Positions 53,061 through 64,000 of a DNA stretch of 64,000 bases are shown piece after piece. Each line of letters opens with the position of its first letter. Within the stretch, counting starts at the first letter, position 1. Origin of the DNA: the human T2T-CHM13v2.0 reference genome, Homo sapiens; NCBI RefSeq assembly GCF_009914755.1, contig NC_060935.1, one strand, 5' to 3'. The position numbers and the translations under genes were made by a program. The notes under the pieces were generated by a model. That model worked only from the letters and a program-made list of their open reading frames with translations. It was not told the origin of the DNA and did no database searches.

Positions 53061-53809
53061 ATAAAAAATGTGATAATGTATAGCTTGAGGTTTTTTTGAA
53101 AAAGCGTGTATTTTGCTTATTTATTCAGTTATTGATTGATTGATTTATTAATGCATTTATGATTTGAAGGTAGTCAGCAATTGTTTCTCCACTTCACCTT
53201 TAATTTTGCTATTACTTTGTATTGTGAGAACAAATTTCTGTAGAAATCACTGGCTAAAAATAATGGGCCATAATTTGCTAATTTTCATTATAAGTGATAT
53301 GGTATTTGAATTTAAATTTATGCAATTGAGTTGCTGTTATTAAAATGAACATTGAGATAAAAACATTGTCTTATGTGCATAAGTGCCTATTTCTGAGGCA
53401 CTTTTATCTGGTTTTCCCATAGATAAGATGAGGGAGGCATAAACAATTATTCTGTTGAATGAGGCAAAGAGGAAATGTGCTTGGGAGCGAAGCAGCAACC
53501 CCTGATTAGGATAAGGAGTGTATTTTTTGCAATAACCTTTAGAATTAGGAGTACCACATTCTGAAGTACCTAAGGCAAGAATTTTAAGTTTGAACTTTAT
53601 CCAGTTGTCAGTGAGCTTGAAGGCCAATGTTGTTTACTTCTTAGCCAGGGGAAAAAAATGATTAAATTATGTATTCATCCTGCACTGATTGCCTTTTTTT
53701 CTTCTTCTGAAAATTGTTAGTGCTTTTCTGAGGAAGATGTTTTGGAAATGCTTGGAGGGTAAATTGAAACATAAAATATACAGAGAAAAAGATTCATGTA
53801 ACAGCATAA

Positions 53810-54020
53810 AAGTTAACAACACCCAGATTTGAGTTCGAATTTTGAGTGTCTAAGATATTAGCTGTTGGCCATAGGCACATCAAGTTCTGTCGCTGATCCT
53901 CAACTTTCTTGCCAGTAAAATGAGAGATATCTACATTATTCTTTTCCGGAGGAGTAAATGATGCATTTACAGCAATTAGCACAGAACTGGATACATGGTA
54001 TACACCCAGCAAACATCTAT
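53810..54020 (+). mobile_element. MIR
   Basis: ccagatttgagttcgaat...tagctgt...gtaaaatgagagata...ttagcacagaactgg. Confidence 0.7.
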
Positions 54021-54634
54021 CATGACATTTGTTAAATTATTTGAAAGTTTAATGCTCGTGGGGATTTTATAACTAGGTAGGAAAAGTCCACACACAATTT
54101 TAGTCTTCTGATTTGATAGTACTACTGAACCTTTCTTGATTGTAGCTTGTCCCACAAAACCTTTCTTGATTGTATCATGTCCCACACACAATTGATGCTA
54201 GGGGTCTCTTGCTATGCATGTGATGGACTCTACACATACTTGCAGTAGTGCATCAGAAGTTAAGTCCAGTTTTATTAAGAACTCTCATTTTTGGCTATAG
54301 TACCTTATATAGATACAAGTTCTTTGTTATTGTTTCTGAACACAGAGTATTCTTATATTTCTAAGTAAAATCAGCTTTAGAAAAAGATTCAATAATCTCC
54401 CCATGCATGCAAGAGGTGCTATTTCTGAGAAGACAGGTAATATTTTGGACTTAATATTGGATAATTGTATATAAACTTCATGCAGTTTGACATTCAAACA
54501 ATGGGAGGATTGTTATCCATGTTAAAATATTAGAATGCTTTTAAAGAGGCCATATAGCTCTAGTAAACTGCTCATTATATTATGGCTGGTTGGCACATAC
54601 AGTTTTCATGAACATTGAAAGAGAAAGAAAGAGG

Positions 54635-54940
54635 AGCCAGGCATGGTGGCTCATGCTGGTAATCCCAGCACTTTGGGAGGCCAAGGCGGAAGAACAGCTT
54701 GAGGACAGGAGTTCGAGACTAGCCCAGGCCACATAACCAGATCGCACCTGTACCAAAATATTTTAAATATTTGCCATGCATGGTTGTGTGTGCCTGTAGT
54801 TCCAGCTACTCAAGAGGCTAAGGCAGGAACATTACCTGGGCCTAGGAGTTTGTTACAATGAACTATGATCGTGACACTGCACTTCAGCCTGGGTGACACA
54901 ATGAGAACTTGTTTCTTAAAATTAAGAGAAAAAAAAGAAA
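54635..54940 (+). mobile_element. AluJ (Jo-like)
   Basis: gcttgaggacaggagttcgag, aactatgatcgtgacactgcac; heavily diverged. Confidence 0.9.
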
Positions 54941-55192
54941 GAGAGAATGAGTAAGAAAAAGATGTAAATTTTAAATGATTTATATTAATATATATTAGAA
55001 TCTCAATTTGAATTTGTTCATACTTTTTCAATTTTTTTTTTTTTTGGTATGTGTACTGTATACTATCTGCATTGCTTCTTACTCAAGTAAATAAAAGATA
55101 ATTATCCAGGGGCAGATAAAAAAAGACTAGTAACATTTTTTTTTTCAAACGTGAATGTTTTGAGATACAGAGACTTTTCTTTAAAATGAGTT

Positions 55193-57165
55193 TGTTCTGA
55201 TGATAGTTGCTTTTGCTGCGCAGAAGCTCTTCAGTTTAATTAGAATCCATTTGAAAATTTGTGTTTTTGTTGCAATTGCTTTTGACATTTTCATCATGAA
55301 ATATTTTGCCCGTGCCTATGTCCTGAATGGTTTTGTCTAGGTTTTCTTCCAGGGTTTTTATAGTTTTGGGTTTTACATTTAAGTCTTCAATCCATCTTGA
55401 GTTAACTTTTGTGCAAGGTGTAAGGGAGGAGTCCAGTTTCAATTTTCTGCATATGGCTAGCCAGTTCTCCCAGCCCAGCATCATTTATTAAATAGAGAAT
55501 CCTTTTACCATTGCTTGTTTTTGTCAGGTTTAATGAAGATCAGATGGTTGTAGATATGGGGTCTTATATCTGAGTTTTCTATTCTGTTCCATTGGTCTGT
55601 GTCTATGCTCTTTTGGTTACTGCAGCCTTATAGTAGAGTTTAAAGCTGGGTATTGTGATGCCTCCAGCTTTGTTCTTTTTGCTTATGATTTGTCTTGGCT
55701 ATTTGGGCTCTTTTTTGGTTCCATTTGAATATTAAAATATTTTTTTCTAATTCTATGAAGAATGTCAATGGTCGTTAATAGCATTGAATCTGTAAATTAC
55801 TTTGGGCCTTATGGCCATTTTCACAATATTGATTCTTCCTGTCCATGAGGATGGAATGTTTTTCCATTCGTTTGTGTCCTCTCTGATTTCCTTGAGCAGT
55901 GGTTTGTAGTTCTCCTTGAAGAGGTCCTTCACTTCCCTTGTTAGCTGTATTCCTAGGTATTTTATTCTCTTTGTAGCAATTGTAAATGGGAGTTCATTCA
56001 CAATTCATCATTTTATGAGGTTGGCCTCATAAAATGACTTACGAAGAGTCCCTCTTTTTCAGTTGTTTGGAATCGTTTCAGAAGAATGATATAAGCTCCA
56101 TTTTCTATTTCTGGTGGAAATCAGCTGTGAATCTGTCTGGTCCTGGTCCTTTTGTTTTGTTGTTGGTAGGCTATTTATTACTGCCTCAATTTCAGAACTC
56201 ATTTTTGTTCTATTCAGGGACTCCACTTCTTCCTGGTTCAGTTGTGGGAGGGTGTATGAGTTCAGGAATTTATCCATTTCTTCTAGATTTTCTAATTTAT
56301 TTGCATAGAGGTGTTTATAGTATTCTGTGATGGTTGTTTCTAGTTCTCTGGTGTCAGTGGCCATATCCTCTTTATCATTTTTTATTGTGCCTACTTGATT
56401 GTTCTCTCTTTATTAATCTAGCTAGTGTTCTATTTATTTTATTTTTTTTCAAACAACTAGCTTTTGGATTGACTGATTTTTTGAAGGGTTTTTAATGTCT
56501 GTAATCACCTTCTGTTCCACTCTGATCTTGGTTATTTCTTGTCTTCTGCTAGCTTTTGGGTTTGTTTGCTCTTGGTTCTCTAATTCTTTTAGTTGTAATG
56601 TTAGGATGTCGACTTGAGATCTTTCTAGCTTTTTGATGTGGGCATTTAGTGCTATAAAATTTCCTCTTAACACTGCTTTAGCTGAATCCCAGAGATTCTG
56701 TTATGCTGTCTCTTTGTTCTCATTAGTTTCAAAGAACTTCTTGGTTTCTGCATTAATTTTATTATTTACCCAGGAGTCATTCAGGAGCAGTTTTGTTCAA
56801 TTTCTATGTAGTTGTGTGGTTCTGAGTGAGTTTCTTAATCTTGAAATCTAATTTGAGTCCACTGTGGTCTGAGAGATTGGTTGTTATTATTTCAGTTATT
56901 TTCCATTTGCTAAGGAGTGTTTTACTTCCAATTATGTGATTAATTTTAGAGTTAGTGCCATGTTGGTTGTTACTATTTCAGTTATTTTCCATTTGCTGAG
57001 GAGTGTTTTACTTCCAATTATGTGATTAATTTTAGAGTTAGTGCCATGTGGCACTGAGAAGAATGTATATTCTCTTGTTTTTGAGTAGAAAGTTCTGTAG
57101 ATATCTATCAGGTCCACTTGATCCCGAGCTGAGTTCGAGTCCTGAATATCTTTGTTAATTTTCTC
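55193..57165 (-). mobile_element. Inverted 5' segment of a twin-primed L1PA
   Basis: minus-strand ORF2 peptides ([35 protein letters not shown]); contains a deletion at ~56005 and an 86-bp tandem duplication. Confidence 0.93.
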
Positions 57166-58051
57166 TAGAGTCTACAAGGACCTTAAACAAATTTACAAGA
57201 AAAAAAATCCCCATTAAAAAAGTGGGCAAAGGACATAAACAGATACTTCTCAGAAGAAGACATTTGTGTGGCCAACAAACTTATAAGAAAAGCTCAACAT
57301 CACTGATCATTAGAGAAACACAAATCAAAACCACAATAAGATACCATCTCACATCAGTCAAAATGGTGATTATTAAAAAGTCAAGAAACCACAGATGCTG
57401 GCAAGGCTGCAGCAAGATAGGAATGCTTTTACACTGTTTGTGTAAATGTAAATTAGTTCAACCATTGTGGAAGACAGTGTGGTGGATCAGAACCAGAAAT
57501 ACCATTTGACCCAACAATCCCATTACTGGGTATATACCCAAAGGAATATAAATCATTCTGTTATAAAGATACATGCATATGTATGTTTATTGCAACATTA
57601 TTCACAATAGTAAAGACATGGCATCAACTCAGATGCCCATCAATGGTAGACTGGATAAAGAAACTTTGGTACATATGCATCATAGAATACTATGCAGCCA
57701 TAAAAAGACACAAGATCCTGTTGTTTGCATGGATGGAGCTGGAAGCCATTATCCTCAGCAAGTTAATGCCAGAATAGAAAACCAAACACCACATGTTCCC
57801 ACTCATAAGTGGGAGATGAACAATGAGAACACATGGACACAGGGAAGGGAACAACACACAGTGGGGGGTGTCTAGGTGGTGTGCGGGAGGGACAGTATCA
57901 GGAAAAATAGGTAATGCATGCTGGGATTAATACTTAGGTGATGGGTAGATAGGTGCAGCAAACCACCATGGCACATGTTTACCTATGTAACAAACCTGCA
58001 CATCCTGGACATGTACCCCTGAACTTAAAATAAAATAAAATTAAAATTAAA
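57166..58051 (+). mobile_element. Sense 3' segment of the same L1PA
   Basis: tctacaaggaccttaaacaa through 3' UTR and taaaa tail. Confidence 0.95.
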
Positions 58052-59693
58052 TTGCACTGGTATTTAGCTTTTCCCTTGTTGCCTTAAATGAGATTTTTCC
58101 ATTGTAATATTAATAATAAAATAATTGACTATTACAGAAATAAGTAAATAAATAAAATGAGTTATGATATTTTATGTCATATATCTTGAAAATTTTAATC
58201 AACTTATGTATTATTTCATTCATAGTTTCCCTTGAAACTATACTACTTTTGTATTTTAGCCATTTTTGTCATTTTTGTTCTTTTCTAAATTGTATAGTGC
58301 CCCATATCAATGGCACCCATAAAAAACATACAGGTTAATGTTAACTATCACCTGAAAATTTTAAATTTAAATTATTTATGAGTTCATTGTGTTGTTTAGG
58401 ACAATAAATAAAAAATCAGACAATCTATTAGCTGGCTGTCTGTCTTACCTATAATACAAATCTAAAAAAATGTATAATGTTGAATGCAGAGAATCACTGC
58501 TGTCGGATGCCATATGCATTTGTTTTTCCTCATTATACATTACTGTGGTCAGTAATAATAGTTTTACACAGAATAGGAAGAAGGGAAACCTTGGAAATAT
58601 TCTATTGTGAAGATAGCCCAATATCATGAGACCTGATATCTCTTCAAAATTAAATGAGAAGAGTAACCATGAAAATGGATCTAAAGCTTAAAATGAGACA
58701 TTTAAAAACTAACGTATTATAGAATTCCAAAATTGAAAAAAAATAACAGAATCCAATATGTTTAATACTTATAAAATTAGTCAGCCTTGTATTCTGGAAA
58801 TGGTAAGTGAAACATTTTTAAAAATACAGAAATTAAGTAATTTTCTTTTCCGAATTCAAATCAGAGTGTGTCTTATAGCTATGCAATGGTCATACTTTGT
58901 GGAGACAGTGACAAATTGATATTACTGTCAATGACTTAAAACAATTACTAAATATAGATTGAGTAGATAGCAGTTAAATAGTAACGTTTCAGCAAAACAA
59001 CTTGATGCATACATAAAACCATGTAACTTCAAACTCCATGAATGTAGAAGAATGGGAAGCTAAAAACAAGGGAATTTTCTGCATCTGGCCTGCCGCTGGC
59101 TTGCTGTAGGTCCCTGGACAAACTAACTCTCAGAGTCTCAGTTTCTTTCTCTGCAAGATTAGCTCTAAAATCCCTTGCACTAAGAAAATTCTTCCATTCT
59201 GCATTATTCTCTTTTCTTTACTTTTTCATTTCTTTATCTCTCTTCCTCCCTCCATTTTTTTTCCCTATCATGCTTTCTTCCTTCTTCATTCGTGTGTGTA
59301 TGTGCATATATACCCACACAAAAGTATATGTAGACACACACAGAATATAAATATATATATTTATTATAATTATATAATTTTAAAATGATTGCTCTATCAT
59401 TAGAAAATTTTGAGCTATAAAAAATTTAAAACTATGTTTGATTTTTAAATGCAAGAGACAGAAGAGTGAGAAACAGATTTTTCTTTTATTTTCATGCATT
59501 ATCTTCTCATTAAGTTAATAGAATAGGTGATTAATTATCCAAAATAGAAATAACCTGTAATTCTTTCACTCCTGGCTAATTTAACTGAGTAGAAAATAAG
59601 ATAGATTAGGATAAACAGACATATGTGCATTCTAAAACATAAATGCATTTGCATTTGGTTTTACGAAGGAGTTCATTTTAAAATGCCACAGGT

Positions 59694-59946
59694 GCACTTT
59701 GGGAGGCTGAGGCAGGCAGATCACGAATTCAGGAGATCGAGACCATCCTGGTAAACACAGTGAAACACCGTCTCTACTAAAAATACAAAAAAATTAGCCG
59801 GGTGTGGTGGCGGGTGCCTGTAGTCCCAGCTACTCGGGAGGCTGAGGAAGGAGAATCTGTGAACCCAGGAGGCGGAGCTTGCAGTGAGCTGAGATCGCAC
59901 CACTGCACTCCAGCCTGGGCGACAGAGCGAGACTCCATCTCAAAAA

Positions 59947-59977
<31 letters not shown>
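59694..59977 (+). mobile_element. AluY, 5'-truncated, (TAAA)n tail
   Basis: ggagatcgagaccatcctgg, ggcggagcttgcagtg; starts at gcactttggg; short TSD gccaca. Confidence 0.95.
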
Positions 59978-59988
59978 GCCACAAATTT

Positions 59989-60118
59989 GTTCTCTTTCCT
60001 TCCCTCCTGCCCTCTTTCCCTCTTCCCACCCTCCCTTCTTTCCTTCCTTCCTTCCTTCCCTTCCTCTCTTTCTCTCTTTCATTATTTTTTTGTTCTCTCT
60101 TTCCCTTTTTCTTTCTCT
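59989..60118. repeat. CT-rich polypyrimidine low-complexity tract
   Basis: direct reading. Confidence 0.9.
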
Positions 60119-61259
60119 AGTTTTTTCACTTAGAGATTTTGGTGTAACCTGGATAATACGATTTGCTGGACTCACTTTGTATGACAAAAGAAGGTGTGCA
60201 GGAAAAGCATTATTAAGATTAATTTTTTCCATAGAAATAAATCCTAAAGTTCATGTTGCCGTCTATTATTCTCAGCCTTTCTACAAAGATATTTCCATTA
60301 CAATTAGCTTCTTATTTATTGTGTTCTTATTTGCAACTACTGGTTATGGTCTTCAATTGATTTTTCACAGTTACTGGCTACAGAAATGATTATAACTTCA
60401 GTTATAGTTGTCATTATGAGAGGGGAAAGCTAGAAATACACGTATATTTTCCTGTATTTGTGCCTGTGTATGTATGTGTGTTTAACAGACACGTTCACTC
60501 ATTTAAATGTTTAATGTTGCTTGAATAATATCTGCCCTATCTCAGATTTAACTTGAGAGTCTAAGTCACTTCATCACTATTTAAGTGGGCCTGATCCTAT
60601 GTTTCACACTATCCATCCTACAAAATCTTGTATTGAATTTTTTTCTTTATTTGCATCTTTTAATTCTTGCTTGACAGCTTTAAGTGTATCTTTTCACATT
60701 TTTTGACACACCAGTTTTCAGTTATTCACTGAATGAATAATAACAAGAAAGGCACATTTAGAATGTGACAAAATGTATTTTAAATAGTATCTTGTATGAT
60801 TAATTTTAGTGATGTAACTGTTCAACTTTGAAGATTACCATAGTTTTGGGTCATGTTTCCATACTTTAAAAGATATTGAAAAAAATGTATAAATTAAAAA
60901 AAATAGGACACAGCCAAACTACACTAGAAACATCACTAGAAGTCTTATTCTAGTGCAGATTTGAAAACTAGTTTAATGGGTATCAAGCTATTTTAAATTC
61001 ACAATTTATTGTTCTAGAAATAATAAATCTCACACAGTCTTCCTCTTGGTCCATAGGATGACTAAGTCTCAGGGTTTAACCACATTTTGGTTTGCTTAGT
61101 GCTCTAGTTACAAGCCATTTAGGTTGACTGAAATCTCAGATGTGGTGTTGACTTTATACTGGGCTCATTGAACACAATAATATTGAACATAATAACATTA
61201 AACACACAAAAAACTGAGGTCTCTTTACCTGTGCTCCTAAGTGATAGATTATGATAATA

Positions 61260-61512
61260 TTAATAACAAAAATATTAAGTATTATCCTTTATTGAGGGTA
61301 TTATCTAAGCATAAGGTAGGTAACTTACATAAATAACCTCAAATTTGAAAATAAGTTCGTAGATAGATATTACTATATTTTGTTTATATAATAGAAAACA
61401 AGAACTCAAGGAGGCCCAGGGATTTACAAAAATTTCCAAAGTTACCTAATGCCAGAGCCAAGATTTGAACCCAGACATGACAGATGGTAAATTCTGTATT
61501 CATTCTCTAACT
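61260..61512 (-). mobile_element. MIR
   Basis: tttattgagg...cagagccaagatttgaacccagac. Confidence 0.7.
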
Positions 61513-62304
61513 GATTTCAGAAAAGGAAACAGAAATATGGCATCTGCAGTTCCTGAAAAAACAATCTTCTTGACCCTTGATAAACTGTCACAAGTATCAG
61601 AGAATGTGGAGGTTTCCAGAGTCTCTGGTTCTCTCATGTGCTTATTAATGCTTATTGTTTTTAAGTGAAAACAAAAAATGAACATGATTAATAAAGAATA
61701 AGTACTTTATAGTTTATAATAAATAACAACTGTCCACTGTCCTTCCATTATTCCCTTCTCAAACATCATTAATAATGTTTTCCAGAGGTAACTTTTAAGT
61801 TTTAATTGTTTCATTATAATTTGAAAAATTATACTTGCATGTGTTTATGAGATGCGTAGTGACATTGTGATTCATGAATACAATGTTAATAATTAAATCA
61901 ACCTAATTAATATATTCATTACCTAAAATACTTTTCATATTCTCTGGTGAGAACCTTTTAAATTCTCTTGGCAATTTTGAAATGTATAGTACATTATTAT
62001 ATACTATATTCATGCAGTGCAATGTATTTCCATAAAAAAATGTGTCCCTCCTAACTGGGGCTTTGTACCCTTTGACTATCATCTCCCCATTCCTTCCACC
62101 ACCATACCAAGCCTGTGCTAACCATCATTCTACTCTGCTTCTTTAAGTTTGTTTGGATTTCATATGTAAGTGACAATGTGCAGTATTTATCTTAATGTGC
62201 CTGGCTTATTTCAATTAGCATAATGTTCTCCAATTCCATCCATGTCACAAATGACAAAATTTCTTTTTCAAAAAAGCTGAATATTATTCCAACATGTATA
62301 TATA

Positions 62305-62537
62305 CATTTGAGCATCCCTAATCCAAGAATCTAAAATCTAAAATGCTCCAAATTCCAAAACTACTTGAACAGCAACATGAAAGTTAAAGGAAAGGCTCTT
62401 TGGAGAATTTTAGATTTCAGATTTTCAGTTTAGGAATGCTAAAACAGTAACTATAATGCAAATATAACCAAATCAAAAATTATGAAATCCCTAACTCTTC
62501 TCGTCCCAAATATTTCGGATAGGGAATTCACAACCTG
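62305..62537 (+). mobile_element. Tigger4a (TcMar MITE)
   Basis: ttgagcatccctaatcc...aaatgctccaaa...ttcggataggg...caacctg; TA TSD on both sides. Confidence 0.9.
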
Positions 62538-62832
62538 TACTAGATTTTCTTTATCCGTTTATTTGTTGATGGATTTTTAGGTAACTAGGTTGATTTTATA
62601 ACTCAGCTGCTGTGAATATTGCTACAATTAATATGAGAGTGCAGGCATCTCTCTGACATAATTATTTAAAATCTATTGAGTAAATATCCAGAAGAGGAAT
62701 TACTGGATCATATGGCAATTCTGTTTTTAATTTTTTTGAGGAAACTCTATATAGTTTTAGGTAATGACTGTGCTAATTTAGCTTCCTACCAACTGTATAT
62801 AAGGATTTTCTTTTCTCCATATCTTCATCATC

Positions 62833-63196
62833 TGTCTTTCTCTATTTGCATTGTTATAACAGAAGACCTGGGACTGAGTAATTTATACTAAACAGAAATT
62901 TATTCGGCTCACAGTTCTGGAGGCTAAGAAGTCCAAGAGCATGGACCATTTGGTGAGGGTCTTAATGCTGTGCCTTCCCATGGCAGAAGATGGAAGGGCA
63001 AGAGAGAGCAAAAGCAGAGAGGGTCAAATTTACTTATTATCAGGAACTCACTCCCATAATAATATTAGGCATTAATTTATTAGGATGACAGAACTCTTCT
63101 GGTCTAATCACATCTTAAGTATCCCAAAAATTAGTACCTGCACAATGGCAATTACATTTTAACATGAGTTTTAAAGGAGACATTCAAACCATACCA
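62833..63196 (-). mobile_element. MaLR solo LTR, MST family (MSTC/MSTD-like)
   Basis: aacagaaatttatt...ctcacagttctggaggct...gtccaagagcatgg...acattcaaaccata. Confidence 0.88.
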
Positions 63197-64000
63197 CCAC
63201 CATTTGTTAACTTTTATCTTTTTGATAATAGCAAGTCTTACAGGTATGAGAAAATATCTCACAGTGGTTTTAATTTGCTTTTCCCTAATAATTAGTGATG
63301 TTGAACATTTTTTGTATGTTGGCCATTTTAATGTCTTTGAAGGAATGTCTATTCAGGACCTTTCCCTATTTTTAAAATCTTTTTTTTTTTTTTATTTTAT
63401 AGAGTTGTTTTTCATTTGTATTTTAAATATAATGCCTTTATCGGATATGCTGCTTGCAAATATATTTTTCCCAACTCATAGCTTGTCTTGTCACTCATTT
63501 AATTATTTCCTTTGTTTTGCAGGAACTTTTTATTTTGATGTAATCCCATTTGTCTATTTTTGCTTTTGTTTCCTGTGTGTTGAGGGTAAAATTAAAAAAA
63601 AAAAAAGAATCATTGTTCAGGACAATGTTGTATAGTTTTCCCCCATGTTATCTTCTACCAGTTTCATAGTTTCAAGTCTTATGCTCGTTGTGTAATGTGA
63701 GTCTAATTTCATTTTTCTGCGTATGAATATTCCATTTTCCCAACACCATTTTCCCAATCCTTTTCCCAATGTATATTTGGGGCATCTTTTTCAAAAATCA
63801 ATTGCCTGTAGATGTGTGGGTTCATTCCTAGGCTCACTATTCTGTTTTATTGGTTAATTAGTCTATTTTTAAATATGCTTTTTAATTTACTACTGTTTTA
63901 TAGTATAGTTTTAAATCAGGTACTCTGATGCCTCCAGGTTTGTTCTTTTGGCTTATGATTGATTTGATTATTAGAGGTTTTTTGTAGTCCCATGTGAATT

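Larger units (their letters stand above)
61800..64000 (-). mobile_element. L1MA-type LINE-1 3' region, runs off the window end; hosts Tigger4a and MST insertions
   Basis: L1MA 3' UTR (ggtgagaac...aaattctcttggcaattttgaaat) and ORF2 C-terminal motifs. Confidence 0.9.

Overview
This is an AT-rich, CpG-poor primate genomic window; AluY-type elements point to a catarrhine, probably human. It looks like intergenic or deep-intronic DNA. I can support no protein-coding exon, RNA gene or CpG-island promoter, and all track ORFs are repeat-derived or spurious. A large part is interspersed repeat: 8 Alus (J, S, Y), many L1 fragments (L1PA/PB/MA/MD/ME), L2, MIR, MaLR/ERV LTRs and DNA-transposon fossils (Zaphod, MER58A, MER45A, MER94, MER112-like, Tigger4a), plus microsatellites. 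Subfamily names come from recalled consensus sequences and need RepeatMasker/Dfam confirmation. I see no convincing new biological system. The most interesting signals are mechanistic scars: (1) a ~280-bp TSD-flanked, polyadenylated chimeric retrocopy joining an internal L1 ORF2 fragment to a non-L1 3' end with its own AATAAA (8479-8782); (2) a twin-primed L1 that also has a probable 3' transduction, a fold-back deletion junction and an 86-bp tandem duplication (55182-58163); (3) two local duplications of apparently unique DNA, one direct (~175 bp) and one inverted (~140 bp); (4) several template-switch/quasi-palindrome hairpins; (5) recurrent ORF2-internal deletions in four L1 copies.
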